Notes under the pieces: generated by a model
Told to the model about the DNA's origin: nothing
What the model saw: the letters and a program-made list of their open reading frames with translations, nothing else
The model's database searches: none
In this document: piece after piece, positions 25,961 to 40,200 of the stretch
Layout of the letters: each line of letters opens with the position of its first letter
Position numbering within the stretch: position 1 is the first letter of the stretch
Assembly (NCBI GenBank): GCA_002633005.1
Contig: NMRA01000223.1
Span: forward strand, 376,976 to 440,975
DNA: 64,000 bases
Reading direction: 5' to 3'
Source of the DNA: Phoronis australis
Lineage: Eukaryota; Animalia; Phoronida
Program-made: the position numbers and the translations under genes

Positions 25961-28573
25961 AGCTGTAATAAACATTCTTTTAACCTAACATTTGTATGGA
26001 AGGAAACTGTGACCAATGGTGCTCACTTAATAGTTAAATTTCATGCTATTTATAAAACATGGGGGTACGTGCACTACAAAAATGGGTACGTACACCGCAT
26101 CACTGCTTCTGCATCACATGGTAACATAATGTAGAGTGGCCATTTATTTTTCTTTGATGACACAGGGCCGTAGGATGCGTGGGGGGCACGCCCCCCCAAA
26201 AAAAAAATTTTCATGCGTCAGAGTTAAATTGTGACAAACGACATTGACGTGGGGCCAGGGACAGCCGAGAAACGAAAGATTGTAAAAAAATTCAAGAGAA
26301 TATTTAACAACTTTTGATCAGTGCATGGTTTACCTTTTGAGGAGCCTGGCCAGGACATTGTTGTTAGGGTCTCTGTTTTTGCAGCACAGGTCGTCTAAAC
26401 GCACTTGAAAACGTGCACGTAATCATTCATACATATATTTTGAAAAATCGAGAAAATTTGTAAGCGAAGTTTTCGCGGAGGGTACTAATTTTATGGATTT
26501 TTAAATTCGATTAGTGAATTTTGCGATTATATTTTCCATTGGCACCTCTGTGGCAAAAGGTAATGGAAACAACTTCAGCTTTATTCTTTCTCTCGAAACT
26601 GAAAATCACTTGAGAAAAATTGATAACCTGACAGATAGCATCAATTGCTGCGGATTTCCTGAGTTTTGAAAAAATAGATATTCTCATATTTAGAGGCCCG
26701 CCCTTGAAGGAGGCCATGTCGATGACATTCAAGTGGCCACCCTTTTTGTGTTTTTATTGACAAATGCTCAAGGGACCGCTCAAGGAGAGAGGGACCAATG
26801 CTGGAATCGATTACCTCTATTTTTGCTGTTTTTTTGTGAAGTTGTGCAACGACTTTCCCGGTGAAGGTCACTCCCTTTACTTTTTTGTGACCACACGACG
26901 GTCACGTTTTTCCAAGCTTAATCATGTTTAGCCTTTCATCTTACGGTGTCCCATTTCAGACGGGACCCTCGCTTGGGAGAGGAGTTCGGGACAAATGTCC
27001 CTTTGTTCCTCTATACACGTAAACCCAACACTGCCAATTATTCACAAGAGAAGTAAAGATTCCAAATTCATCAAAAAGCAGAAAACACTTGTGCTCAGCA
27101 CAGCAGTATCAAGACGTTCGACACAAACATCCAAAAATGTGAAAAAATACAGTAGGATTTTGACCGCCATCGAAAGAGCGGTATTTTGAAGAAAGGGGAA
27201 GACCACTATTTGTGAGCTATACAAAAGGACCATTTCCGATGACAAGATATAAAATAAGTCACTGTTTCCCATGGTTTCACAAGTTTTAACTTTTAAAAAT
27301 GTATCTCTTTTGAAGATGGTTACCATGATTTGCTTGTAAGGAATTTTCAATGTGCAAAACACTGTTGTCTAAGCAACTATTTGTGATGACCGAGTACATG
27401 TCGAAAGGGGGTACTCAAAGAACTCTCGCAATCACAATAATTTCAGAGTTTTTTGTCAGTGGAGTTCAAATTTACGTCATGAACCGATACAGGTACCTCT
27501 GGAATGAGCAAAAATACACCTCACTACGAATGCCCCATCTCCCATTGATCTCCCGCTCACCCGTCAAAAATCTGAGAGCACACGACAGCGTTTCCCCAAT
27601 CAGTAACTTAACTAGACGTAGGGGGTGCTGAGCGGGTGATAATAACACCTAGCTTCTTTGTTAACTGCCAAGCACAATCTTTTGTCTGTTATGAAAACAG
27701 GCAGGCCAATTATCTACCAGGGTTATTATAGACCACATGCGAACGAAGTCAAACCCAGAGTGAATTGGTGTATTCGGAAAGAATAGATTGTCGTAACTTC
27801 GGTTGCAGTTGGTCGATTTTGGCGATTCAAAAACTAAACTTGATCACCATTTGACGAAGATTTCAGAAATGCTATTGGTTTATGTTCCAATATGTTTAAA
27901 CTTAACTTTTATTTTTAACAACACAGCCCACTCAGGGTAGATAGGATCTTATTAGAGATTGGAGCAATTATCGAACAAAAGAGCTGCTGGTCCTCCAACG
28001 TAAATGCCAGAATAGAGGTAACCAGTCGTGTAAGATACTGGCTACACGGGTAAACTTCCCAACTTGTTGTTGGGCTATAGAGTCGAACAAGTTAAGGAGC
28101 AACGGGAAAACGCCGTAATGTGCCTGCGGAAATTGCTTATAAATATTCCGTTTTGATAAACACATCATGCGCGCACCAAGCCTAAAATATAAGGGGGCTC
28201 GAATTTTTCGTTATGTGAACCTTTTACGGAAAGAAATCAACGAGGACTAAAACACTCACTAACCGTAGATCGAACTAAAGTTATAAATGTCTGTACATGT
28301 AAATATATAAAATCAAACTCATTGCTTGGAAATATTGTCTTTGTACTTCCTTGGTGTTTTTAGTTTCCAGTAGTATTGCCAAGTTGTTTGCTTGCCTCAG
28401 TGATTCCCGTGCACGTCGTAACTGACGCACCCACGTTAAAAATAAGATGTAACCATGTAGTCGGTCAGAGCAGAATCTCAGTGATCCACGGGAACTGAAC
28501 TCCAAGCGTTGAAGTAGGTACATTTTTGGGAAACACTGTATCATTCTCAACAACCACTGGAAACTGGACTGGC

Positions 28574-29246
28574 CAGTGGCGGATCTAGGATATCATAAGG
28601 GGGGGGGGCAACATTTTGTCCGGCTGGAAGCATTTGCACAAACTGAACCACGATTGTAGATGCGCATAGCACCGAATGGGGGGAGGTAGGGAGGGGGGTT
28701 TGCCCCCCTNNNNNNNNNNNNNNNNNNNNNNNNNNNNNNNNNNNNNNNNNNNNNNNNNNNNNNNNNNNNNNNNNNNNNNNNNNNNNNNNNNNNNNNNNNN
28801 NNNNNNNNNNNNNNNNNNNNNNNNNNNNNNNNNNNNNNNNNNNNNNNNNNNNNNNNNNNNNNNNNNNNNNNNNNNNNNNNNNNNNNNNNNNNNNNNNNNN
28901 NNNNNNNNNNNNNNNNNNNNNNNNNNNNNNNNNNNNNNNNNNNNNNNNNNNNNNNNNNNNNNNNNNNNNNNNNNNNNNNNNNNNNNNNNNNNNNNNNNNN
29001 NNNNNNNNNNNNNNNNNNNNNNNNNNNNNNNNNNNNNNNNNNNNNNNNNNNNNNNNNNNNNNNNNNNNNNNNNNNNNNNNNNNNNNNNNNNNNNNNNNNN
29101 NNNNNNNNNNNNNNNNNNNNNNNNNNNNNNNNNNNNNNNNNNNNNNNNNNNNNNNNNNNNNNNNNNNNNNNNNNNNNNNNNNNNNNNNNNNNNNNNNNNN
29201 NNNNNNNNNNNNNNNNNNNNNNNNCCCCCCCCTAAATCCGCCTATG
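28574..29246. mobile_element. MITE of the CAGTGGCGGATC family, spanning an assembly gap
   Basis: Ends CAGTGGCGGATCTAG ... CTAAATCCGCCTATG; perfect 5-bp TSD CTGGC. Confidence 0.75.
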
Positions 29247-30566
29247 CTGGCGGTCGCGTTTCAACGAGGGATTTTGAAACAGCCCCGAAGGCACTACACC
29301 TGGGACTTCGGTACCACATATTTAAAAAAAAATCAAAGAATGACCATAATAAAATGAAGTTTTTCCTAAACTGGATAACATTCATGAGTAAAACGAATCT
29401 TGACTTTAGAGTCTGCGCAGACGGCCGGTACGAGCAGCCTAGTTAATCGGGAATTTCGTATTTTACATCTCAGCTATTAGCTACTTGAGACAGCTTCTCG
29501 CTACCGGTCAGTCACTCTAAGCCCATTCTTACTCTCCGTGTTGGTTCACGGTTACTCAACTCTTGATTGCTGCATCCCCGGGATTGTCCCCCACCCAGGG
29601 CGGTCGTGGGAGATTCGGTAAATACGGTGCCATCGCCACGGAGGCCGGGGTGGCGATGAGGGGTGGCGGATAGTTTGGCGAAATCGAAATGGTTTGTGTC
29701 CCCCAATATTTTTGCCTTCCTACGTGCCTGTGATAATAAGCAACATGCTGTTATTTGAAAGGCAATAATTTCATTAGCAATCACCATTTGTGTTACTGAA
29801 TTTCTCCTGGGGGTAGTACACTACATTTTCTTAGCCTTTTTGGCCCTTATTCAACATAGCAGAACCGAGTTAATAGCCAAACGTTTGGTTTGTTTAGATA
29901 TTGAATAATTTGCTGTGTTGCCTAGGCTAACATATTCTCCACTTCTGAGAGTGTGATCTTAAGTTTTTAACCTTCCTGTTTTAGGATGAACCCTACCATT
30001 TCTCAATGACTAATCACAACTTCATCTAAGTGATTCTGAAAGTAACTTGAGTTATTCCTAGTCATATCAAAGCAGTTGCTTCTATTCTATTGACGGCAGT
30101 TGAAAATTGGAATTTTAAAAAATGGCCACTGGTAAGGCTGAAATGCATGAAATTCATAGACAAAACATACATTAAGTTTTCAAACATTGTCCGATTTTGA
30201 TGATTCTTTTTTTAATTTGCACAACTAAATAACTCTTTGCACATGAGATTCAGCTGGCATTTGGTAAGTGACCAAAAACTTTATTTTAGCCCCTGACACA
30301 GTCGACTCTCGAATATGGACCTTGATTGTGATTTAGCGGTTAAACGCCACATTCTATCAAAAGACAGTTCTGCTGAGGTGCGGCCCATGGGAGGGTTCAT
30401 ATATTGTGTTAATTACGTAGTCGAAATGGTTCTCAGTGGAACTACTGAAACAGAAGTGCACACACTGTAAACAATGCCAACAAAATCCATAGCTAAACTA
30501 AAATAAGATAACATGGAATAAAAAAAAATCCGGACTTGTTATCAGTCACAATCCCTGTCATACAAT

Positions 30567-31219
30567 TGTAACAGGGGCGGTATCTAAGACCAAGGAGCCC
30601 CGATTTTACGAGACAGTGCGAACTGAGGGTGATATTGAAAACTAAAAGTCGGTGAATAATTCATAGGTTTATTGTAAGAATATGTAAATACAATATTTCA
30701 CACTTACAGGATATCCAGTTGTTCTATGATCTAGTATCGCGGCGTTGTGTTTATAGTTCTGATACACGGGAAGGCCAGTCGCTAATTAGTAGTTGTATGT
30801 GCAAGAATGGGGGCAATTTAGTTATTCAGATCGGAAAGGTGACATGCAATGAAGCTCGGGAAGAGCCCGAGAATTGCTGAGGCTAAACTATTGGCAACCA
30901 AGTTTCGGAGGAGCCCGAAAGCTGACCAAATAGTTGGAATTGGGTGTAAGTGAGGGTGTAGGTGTTAACTTCTTGAACTCTGGGACTGGACTCCTCATGT
31001 CTGACAGAGACGACGCTTAAGTAGACAGTTTCAACCAATCAGACACTATCTGAAGGACAGGGCCCATAATTCCTAGGTTCTGGCCACAGCGAGGCCAAAT
31101 ATGGTCATATCCAAAGGACCCAAAAATCATAAGAAAATTCCATACGTAATGCACAGCTTGACCACTAGAGGGCGCATATATCTTAATCATATAATCATGT
31201 CCACGGCACTCCTGTTGCA
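30567..31219 (-). mobile_element. Solo LTR (653 bp) in the DCTD-B 3' UTR region
   Basis: TG...CA ends with inverted termini TGTAACAGG / CCTGTTGCA. 4-bp TSD CAAT at 30563-30566 and 31220-31223. Minus-strand TATAAA (30750-30755) precedes AATAAA (30668-30673). Absent in copy A. Confidence 0.85.
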
Positions 31220-31279
31220 CAATATTATATCTTCTAGGGGAATCTTTGTTTCCTCGACCACATGAGCTTCGGAATTCTT

Positions 31280-34200
31280 TCAGTTGGTGCCGAAATCAAT
31301 GACAATTTGTTTACTTTTGGGCACATATTGTCTGAAAGGTAGAAAGTTCACAGTGAATTATGCAGATCAAGACACTTTGGCAATCTCTTCACAATTTTGG
31401 AAAACTATTGTCGTAAGTCAGCCAAAACTTGGTTAAAACCATAGTTTGACAACCTGACCTAGCACTAGGGGTTATTGAGAAAACAAAAAAGACACCAAGT
31501 TGGCGTCTTTTATGTTTTCTCATCGATAGGAAAGTTTTGAAGATCAATGTCAACATTAATTGCTATACAAAAATTGCAAGATCGAATAAGGTTCGTTTAC
31601 TTTAATGAGTAATTTAAATATTTTGAACACCTCCAAAATTCCACAGCTTAATGCTCACCTATCAACAACAACACAAAACAACAAGTACATGCATAAACTG
31701 TCAAAATTCATGCAATCAAAGTTTTTCTGTCTATAACAAAGATTTGTTCCTCCGTGTGCCATGTCAGACTTTTCCTTCCTATTAGACAATGAAATTGAAA
31801 ATCAACTTCAAAATCAAACTAGAACAAACATTTGTCTCGTCAGAATGACCAAATTGTCCCCTGATGCCTAGCGTTGCTTCCTGCTGAAGGCTCACCCCAC
31901 CCCTACAGCTAAGCCACTGCTGTTGTCCGTCATCAATCACGTTTCACTTTCTTAACTAAAACGATCGTAAGATGTTTTCATAACAACATACCTTACAGGA
32001 CTGACTCATAAGTTCTGATGGTTCTACTCAGTGTCCAACCTACCTGCACTTTATGCCTGCATGGAGCAGCATAGTTCTGGACGCTATAATCTTCTGCTCA
32101 TCGGTGCAGTTGTCCGATTTATAAACCACTGCCTACAATAACGGATGTTTTATGAACGCCTCTTAGAGGCAACGTACAATACATGTCCAGTGAAACCCTG
32201 CCAAATTGGATCCAACAGATGGATTTCATCAAAATAAGACAGAACTCGACTTATCGAGTACGATGGAACTACTTCAGAGCTAAAGTACAAGTCTAAAATG
32301 AGACAAAATATTATTTCCTCATCAGTACAGCTTATACTATTAACACCCAAAAATGACAGGCAGCAAAATTCTTATTACAGAATGGCTTAGTCACATTTAA
32401 TTACAAACTTTCTTGTTAATTCCCCTTTATTCTCGGTCATGAGGAAAGCTGCTCTGATGATGAATTTGGTTTCTGGCCAGCTACCATGACTGGGAATTCT
32501 GGGACATTTTGTCTGACTACTTCTAACGTACATGCATAATGTAAGATGCTGTTTCCTACTTAACCTGGATTTGCCGAATAAAGTTTGTTCTTTGCCGTTT
32601 CATGTAGCCTAGGCATAGTTAATNNNNGGGGGGGGTGACCATTCCAACCCTTGAGAATTTTTTAAGATATGCAGTTAAGGTCGCCATTATGCAAAATTCT
32701 ATTTTTGCTTATAATTTCCTTACCAAGCACTGCAGCCAGATAATTTTGACGTTTTTAACCATGTTTTTATGATCAACAAATTTATTAATGCAAGCTTTTT
32801 GGTGAATACATTGTCAATTTGCATAATTTATGCAAATTAAGGTCGTCATGAAAAATTCTATTTATGCTCATAATTTCCTTACCAAGCACTACAGGCAGGT
32901 TATTTTGATGCTTTCATCCATGTTTCCATGATCAACGAATTTAATAGTGAAAGTTTTTGGGTGGATACATCGTCAATTTGCATAATTTATGCAAATTAAG
33001 GACACCATTAGTCAAAATTTTACATGTTCTAATAGCCATGGTACCAATCATCACAGGTGATAATATTTGCACCTATGTTTCTATGGTCAATTAGTTAAAT
33101 GAAACCAATTTGCATGTTGTTGCATGATAAATTTGCATAATTAATGCAAATTAAGGTCCCCATTGTTCAAAATTATATTTTGCTTAAAAAACCCTTACCA
33201 AACACTTCAGACAGGTTACTTTATTGTTTTCACCTATGCTTTCATGAATTTCATGAACCTCGTTTGCTAGTGGATACATCTTAAATTTGTATTATTATAT
33301 GCAAATTAAGGCCGCTATTATTCAAAATTCTACTTTTGCTTATAGCTGAAGTACCAGACACCCCAAGTAAACTATTTTAAGGCCTTTACCCAATGTTTCT
33401 GTGCAATCAGCAAGTTGTTGCATGAGGAATTTTCATAATTTATACAAATAAAGGACACCGGTATTCCAAATACTATTTCTGCTCATAATTTCCTTACCGG
33501 CATTACATGTAGATTATTTTCGAATTGATGTCACGTGTTTTCATGGTCATCATGAATTTGCAAAATTGATAATTTACACAAATTACAGCGTCATATTCAA
33601 AATTCTACTTGTGTTTATAACTGCTGCATCAGACCCCAGAGGTTAGTTATAAATATTTGCACCCATGTTTCAGTGGTCAATGAATTTAATGAAATCTGTT
33701 TGCAGGTTGTAGCATGACAAATTTGCAGAATCTCCTTTTGATGATGAATTAAGAAAATATTTGGTGTAGTGTGTGTTCTGCAGTTTGAGACTTTAAATTC
33801 AAAAAAAGATATTGACTGTGCTCCCACAGACCATAGAAAAATGACTTGGGTGAATGCTGGAATGGAACTCGGAGCGATCACATTCATGAGGTACGAATAC
33901 AGTAGTGAGGAAATAGTATGGAATTGCCCTCAAAGAAGAGATTTAAGCTTTGGGTACAAGACTGAAACAGATCTTGGAGAGATGGAGAGCGGTCAACATC
34001 ATGATTAGATTTTGTACTAAAACCTCTAAGTAAAGCACATGCCTAGGATATTGCACGAATCTGTCAAAAGTAGATACCAGCATCGATCTGTTGGATCCCA
34101 AGGTCCATCCCAAAGACACTGTAGTGAACATTAGCAGTGACGGGTCATAATTGCTACTCTAACAGTTAATGTACATGAAGCAATAAGCATTGGACAGGCA

Positions 34201-37200
34201 ATGTATTAGACTTCAAGAATGGCTAGCAGTATATAATGTTAGGAAAACATTCAAGTAGGCAATTATTGATGAAGATCCTTGTCACTTAATATAGTACAAG
34301 GGTATTGAAGACATCCTACGAAGAAGCTAGCTACATTACTGTGCAACAGGACGTGAAATGTGCATATAAACTTATTAGGTTGTTTCGGATGACAATTTTT
34401 TCCTTCCTGTGCATTACTAAGACATGGAACAGCTTCAAATTCCACAACCATGAAATCACCTAGTAGGCGTAGAACAGTCGTAGACATAAAGTCAACACTG
34501 AAAACACAGCGATATTGTGAAGGTTTCCTCCCAGCCCATGCGCTGTAGGGGTGTAACACGTTGGCATTCTATTGAGGTGTTGGAAAGGGATCCATCATTA
34601 AAATATTGAAGGCTGGACATGACTTGTCTGCCATATGCACGATTTTCTAATGTCATGAAACAGGCCACTAAATGTATGTGTCCCTGTTACGGAATGAAGA
34701 GAATCAGGAAGATGTCAGGAACTAGACTACTGGTATGGGGAAGAGAAATGGCAAGAAATATATGTCCGCCTTCAAACTGTCACCGGCAGCAGAGACATTG
34801 ACCGAGAATGTAAACGTAAACAGAGCCCATTACCAGACAGCCATGGGGTGGAATGTCACCAGCACTAGATCCAGAGGACTATGGATGGAAGAAAGATGCC
34901 ATATTGATAACCAAATCACTCAGCATCTATCATTCCGCATGGTGTCCCAACTCGCTCCTATTGCATACTGCTGATGAGGTGTGGCTGCAAAAGTCTGTTT
35001 CCATGAAATTCAAGTGGATGCAATAGCAGTGTCAATTTTCTACCCCATACAATATTTTGGGCAGTTATGCTGTAGTGTGCTCACGTTCTGACTGTTGAAT
35101 TAGCATTTGAAACGTCTTGTGACTGGTCTCCATTACATAGGTTATTGTCCTGGGTTAATGCAATTAAACAATTTGGTCATCTACTACGTATACCCTGGGT
35201 ATCAGACAAAACTAGAATTTGTAATGTTGTGTAATAAATTACAGATCATTCATATTTATGATGTAATGACAGATTACGTTAAATTCATCCGTAAAAATAC
35301 CAAAATAATCTACATGTAGTGCCCCCTTCCCCGTACAAAAGTCTTCATTTTCATAAACTATGCTAAATTACCATGCAACTTGCAAACTGATTTCATTAAC
35401 CTAATTGACTATAGGAACATAAGATCAAATATCATCAGAGTTTACCTGTGGTGCTTGGTACCGCAGCTATAAGCAAAAGTAGAATGTTGAATAATGGCTC
35501 CCTTAATTTGCATTAGTTATTCAAACTTGCATTAATTATGCAAATTTATCATGCAACAATATGCAAACCGATTTCATTAAACTAACTGACCAAAAGAATG
35601 CAGGTGCAAATATCTTGATAGTTCATCTGTGGTGCCTGGTACAGTAGCTATAAGCACAAGAAGAATTTTGAATAATGGCGGCCTTAATTTGCATAAATTA
35701 TGCAAATTGACTATGTATTCAAGACAAAACTTGCACTATTAAATTCGTTGACCGTGAAAACATGTCTGAGTAAAGACGTCAAAATTACCTGGAAATTATA
35801 TGCAAAAATAGAACTTTGCATAATGGCAACCTTAATTTGCATATTCAAAAGATGCTCAAGGGTTGCGAACGGTCACCCCCTCTAAATCATGGTAACTTAA
35901 CCCTAGGCTATATGAAACAGCAAAGAAAAAACTTTATCCGGCAAAACCAGGTTCAACCCCCTGGCTCCCGGACTAAGATGGTGAATTCTGAATAGAAATG
36001 TGCCAATGGATTATTTATTTTTTTCTACAAAAGCACAGCATACACTTTTACCTTTATTCCTGACTGGATGATGAGTTTTGCGCATTCATTGCATGGGAAC
36101 TGAGACACATACAACGTACAGCCCTTCACACAAACGGCATTCCCATTTACTATAGCATTCAGCTCTGCGTGACAAACTGAAAACAAGAGGTGTTCAATAA
36201 TTAAAGAAAACAATCTCAATGTTCAGTTGCTTTCACAAAAAGTGACACAACCTCTCCATAGAAATATGCAAACTTTTTCGGCGAACATTATCAACTTTCC
36301 TGTTCAAACTTTTATCTGGCTTTTTTATCCCAATTTTCACACATGGCAATTCTTTTTAAGAAAACTAAATGTAAGGCAAAAAGCATTGTTCGTTCCGTCT
36401 AACATCTAACAACTTCGCTCGCTGACTAAAAAACCGTCGAACATACCAATTTTAGCCAAGGCATCGCATATTTGTTTTTGTAAAGCTACATAAAGGCACG
36501 TAAGCAATCGTAAACAAGATTTGAAACGCCCTGATTTGCGAAGCAATGAGGAAAAAACAGACCTTGATGTATTTGTGGCTTATTTAAGGTGGATTAACTT
36601 TTGTTAAAAAGAGTGACTAAAATGCCGCACCACCAACTCGATTTTCAAGAAAACGGGGAGGGGTAACCTAAGGACCAACTGTGCATGTTTAGCGTAAGCC
36701 TTGAACAACGACCAGTCCATATGTATGTGACTACGATAAATTATCAGAAGGTGTCAGCTTTGATTTGCATTCGTTTATTAACAGGTCAGTCAGAGTAAAA
36801 TCTAATCAAGTGCTTATGAAAGTCATTTAGTCATTTTAACAGATCTTCGTCTTAAGTACCTAATTGCAAAACTTCAATATACTGAACAGACGGTCGAATT
36901 GTTTACGTATCAGGTTAACTTGCACTCCAGTCCCAAGTGTGACATAAGGGATCAAGAACCTCTTGTTGTGTTATTGGCTTATACACTTTGAGTATTATTA
37001 AAAAAACTAACGCTCACAAACTAACCTAAAATACAAGTCAAAAGCATTCAGACAAAATGACCTCCAATTTCCCCGTTGTGACAGCTGGACGGATGCCAAA
37101 TTCATACTCAGAATAGTCTTCCCTCATGACCGCAGACAATGAGGGGGGGATTAACATTAAAGTAAGGTGGCTAAAGCTATTGTGCAATTAACATTTTGTC

Positions 37201-40200
37201 ACCCTAATAGTTATAATAACAGTAAAATTTGCTGTAAACAGAATTAGCCTTGGACTGTATCACAAGACAGTGGATACTCTGAGCATCACAATTAAACAAG
37301 AGCCACAAACAAACCTCTTTACCAGCAAAACTGCATTTGAGTTTTCTGACACCAGATTTACATATATTTTTTAGTAAATTTGAAGATTTTCACATAGAAA
37401 TCAAACACAGAATAATTCAAACATTTCAGCATGTCAGTGTATTGAAACTGTGTACAGTTGGTACTTTTCCCAGATACTTAACTTAAAGGAGAATGCCACC
37501 CAAAAACAACCTATTTTGTATCAATTTAGATCGAGCAGTTCCACTCGATAATATCAAGTTCAGTTGTTTTATCTAATACCGGACGGCAGACAGAGCTGTT
37601 GAAATTAACCAATGACGTAATCGGTTCGAACATTAAGTCTGTTCATCCATTCACAACACGCTTACTGGCATCAACTTATCGCTCGAATTCATCGTTTTAC
37701 ACCAATAAAGCATCAAAATTTGATTTTGAACCATTAGATATGTCGAATTCTTGAACAAAAGGGTTGTTTTTTCACTTATGAGCACATTTATAGGTATTTG
37801 AACGTACCTTAGTCTGCAGAGTTTGGTAGGCCAATTTAGCATGGTCAAACGCGGGAATTTGGGTCTGATTGGTGAAAAATCGAATCATTCTTCCATGAAA
37901 TACAGACAGGAGAACATAACTGTGTGTTGTACTTTTATACTGGCGATTTTTTTCAGTTCTTAACACACAAAACGCTTGTTAGCCCAGCCTGTGGCTCGGA
38001 ACCCGATCACAGGCTGTCGTGGCCGCCGGTCCGGGGGAACTAGACATCACGAACATAACCAGCTTAAGTTGGAAACTAAACCTCCAGTCACGAAAAGACT
38101 ATAATAGTGAGCCGCACAAAAAACGTGCACGTAATAAATTGGTGAATTAGCCAAGAAACTGAAAATCTATTTACTTGTCACGGTCCGACAAGGGCAGGTT
38201 CCCCTTCCACAGAACCGTCAGGGCAAAAGTTGTACTGCCAGTAAAATGATTCGAATAATGTATTTGATTCCCCTAACAAGTGACCATAGCATATAAAATC
38301 GAGTTGTTTCACAACAGCTTTCTCTCAGCAAACGCTGAATTAGCATGCGCTCATACGGCCTCAGTGCCCGATCAATTACCTTTATTGCATCTACAAAAAG
38401 CCGGTAACGCTGAGGTACAATCATTGCTGGCTTCTCAAAACATTTGCACTCACAAATACTCCAAAGGCATTACAAATTGTATCTAATGAGACAGACTTTG
38501 TTTCATCTTTATATAAGGATTGGTTAGGGTGAGAATAATTCATTTTGAAACAGAACACAAGTAATAAACGTCAATATGGCAACTCGCAATCCCGACTTAG
38601 ACGAGAGCTCATCCGACGAAGACTTCACTGGTGGATCGTTAGGTTTCACAGGCTATCAGTTCGAATCGGAATACACTGATCAAGAAATCCAAGAGAGGTG
38701 CCATGAACATGCAAAGGCAACGGAACGTAAGGATACTTCTTTGGAAAACCGGCATTCTTTAGAGAAATCACTGTCGACGAAATGCCAGCCACAGACACTG
38801 AGATGTATCACGGCCTCATATTTGATATTAACATGATATTTTTCATTCTTTACTACCGCGAGCCATTTCCTAAGCATTTCGAGCTCTCGAGGAAGTTGAA
38901 CAAACGCTATACCCGCTTTCCTCGCAGCTTCATAAATCATACATGGGGGAAAGATGCACCGCAACATAGCGGCATAAGCTCTGCACTGACGTCGCTGCGT
39001 CGTTTCTCACCATCCTTACAAGTTAACACCGTGACGACACCTCTCGGCAAGGTAAGGTCGACCGTCGGTACTCGAGGCGATGTAGATAGACCGAATTGGG
39101 TGGCATTCTCCTTTAAGAAAACAATGCGCTACACAACTTGCAACATAAATCTGACTATACTTTTCTTGGGTTTTTCAATAACACAGTGCCTTTCGTCAGA
39201 ATAGCGTGGAGAAAACAGTTTCTTTCTTCCAGAAGCTATTTTTTCACAGCTCGGAGTATGCGGATTTTCACACTTTGCCATTTTCACAACAGTATGTACA
39301 TGGCCAGAGGTAGTCCGAATCAAACAAGGATATCAATCCACCAACCACAGACGTCGCTGCTTATACAGTGTACATGTACGTTTAGTCTGGTTCTATGAAT
39401 GTCGATAGAAGAGACCTTGTGATTCCTCGATTATCTTGCCATATTTAGAATGAATAGAAGCAAGTTTCCAACTTCACTGCTCAATTTTTTAGGTTAAAAT
39501 AGTTGTACAAATTTAAATTTCTATATTCTTCGATTTCTACTGTTAGCTTATCCCGAATTAAGTAACAAGTGAGCAAATTACCTGCTTCGAATTGGCGTAT
39601 TTTTGCTTGGTCTTGCATATTTGCACACTACAAGTCAACTAAAATTTCCATACCAATCAACATTTTTGCATACGACACACAGGTCTGTATGAATCCATCT
39701 ATTGTTAAAAATAACTTTTGAATTTGGTCAGTAAGCTTTAGTCAGATAAGAAGTTTTTTTTCTAGTGCATGTGTCAATCAACGAGAAAAGCCTCATATAT
39801 TATTAGCAACTTTCACAGCAAGACCACTTCTTATTTACAAGTCCTGTAAATCGACAAGACATACCATGAGGATATTTTGTTTCTAGTTGATTTTCCGATG
39901 AACGTCCCCATGGAAACTCGTCATCACTGCAGCCAATCGGCATTCCATTGTAACCAGTACCAACAATCCTCCTATCCTCATTGATTATGCAGGCACCAAC
40001 CTGTTGGGCGGAGAATTATTGAACGTCATCAATATCACGTCACAAAATAGTGGGTTTAGTTCACTTAGCCAGGGTTTGTTTTGTTTATGTAGTTTGTAGT
40101 ATATCCACTAGGTGTCTCTTCTTCTTTGAGTGTTTCTTGGGTGCCCCTATAAATCAATGGCTTTTGTCTTTTGACAGTTGCTATGGAGTTCTATTCAGAT

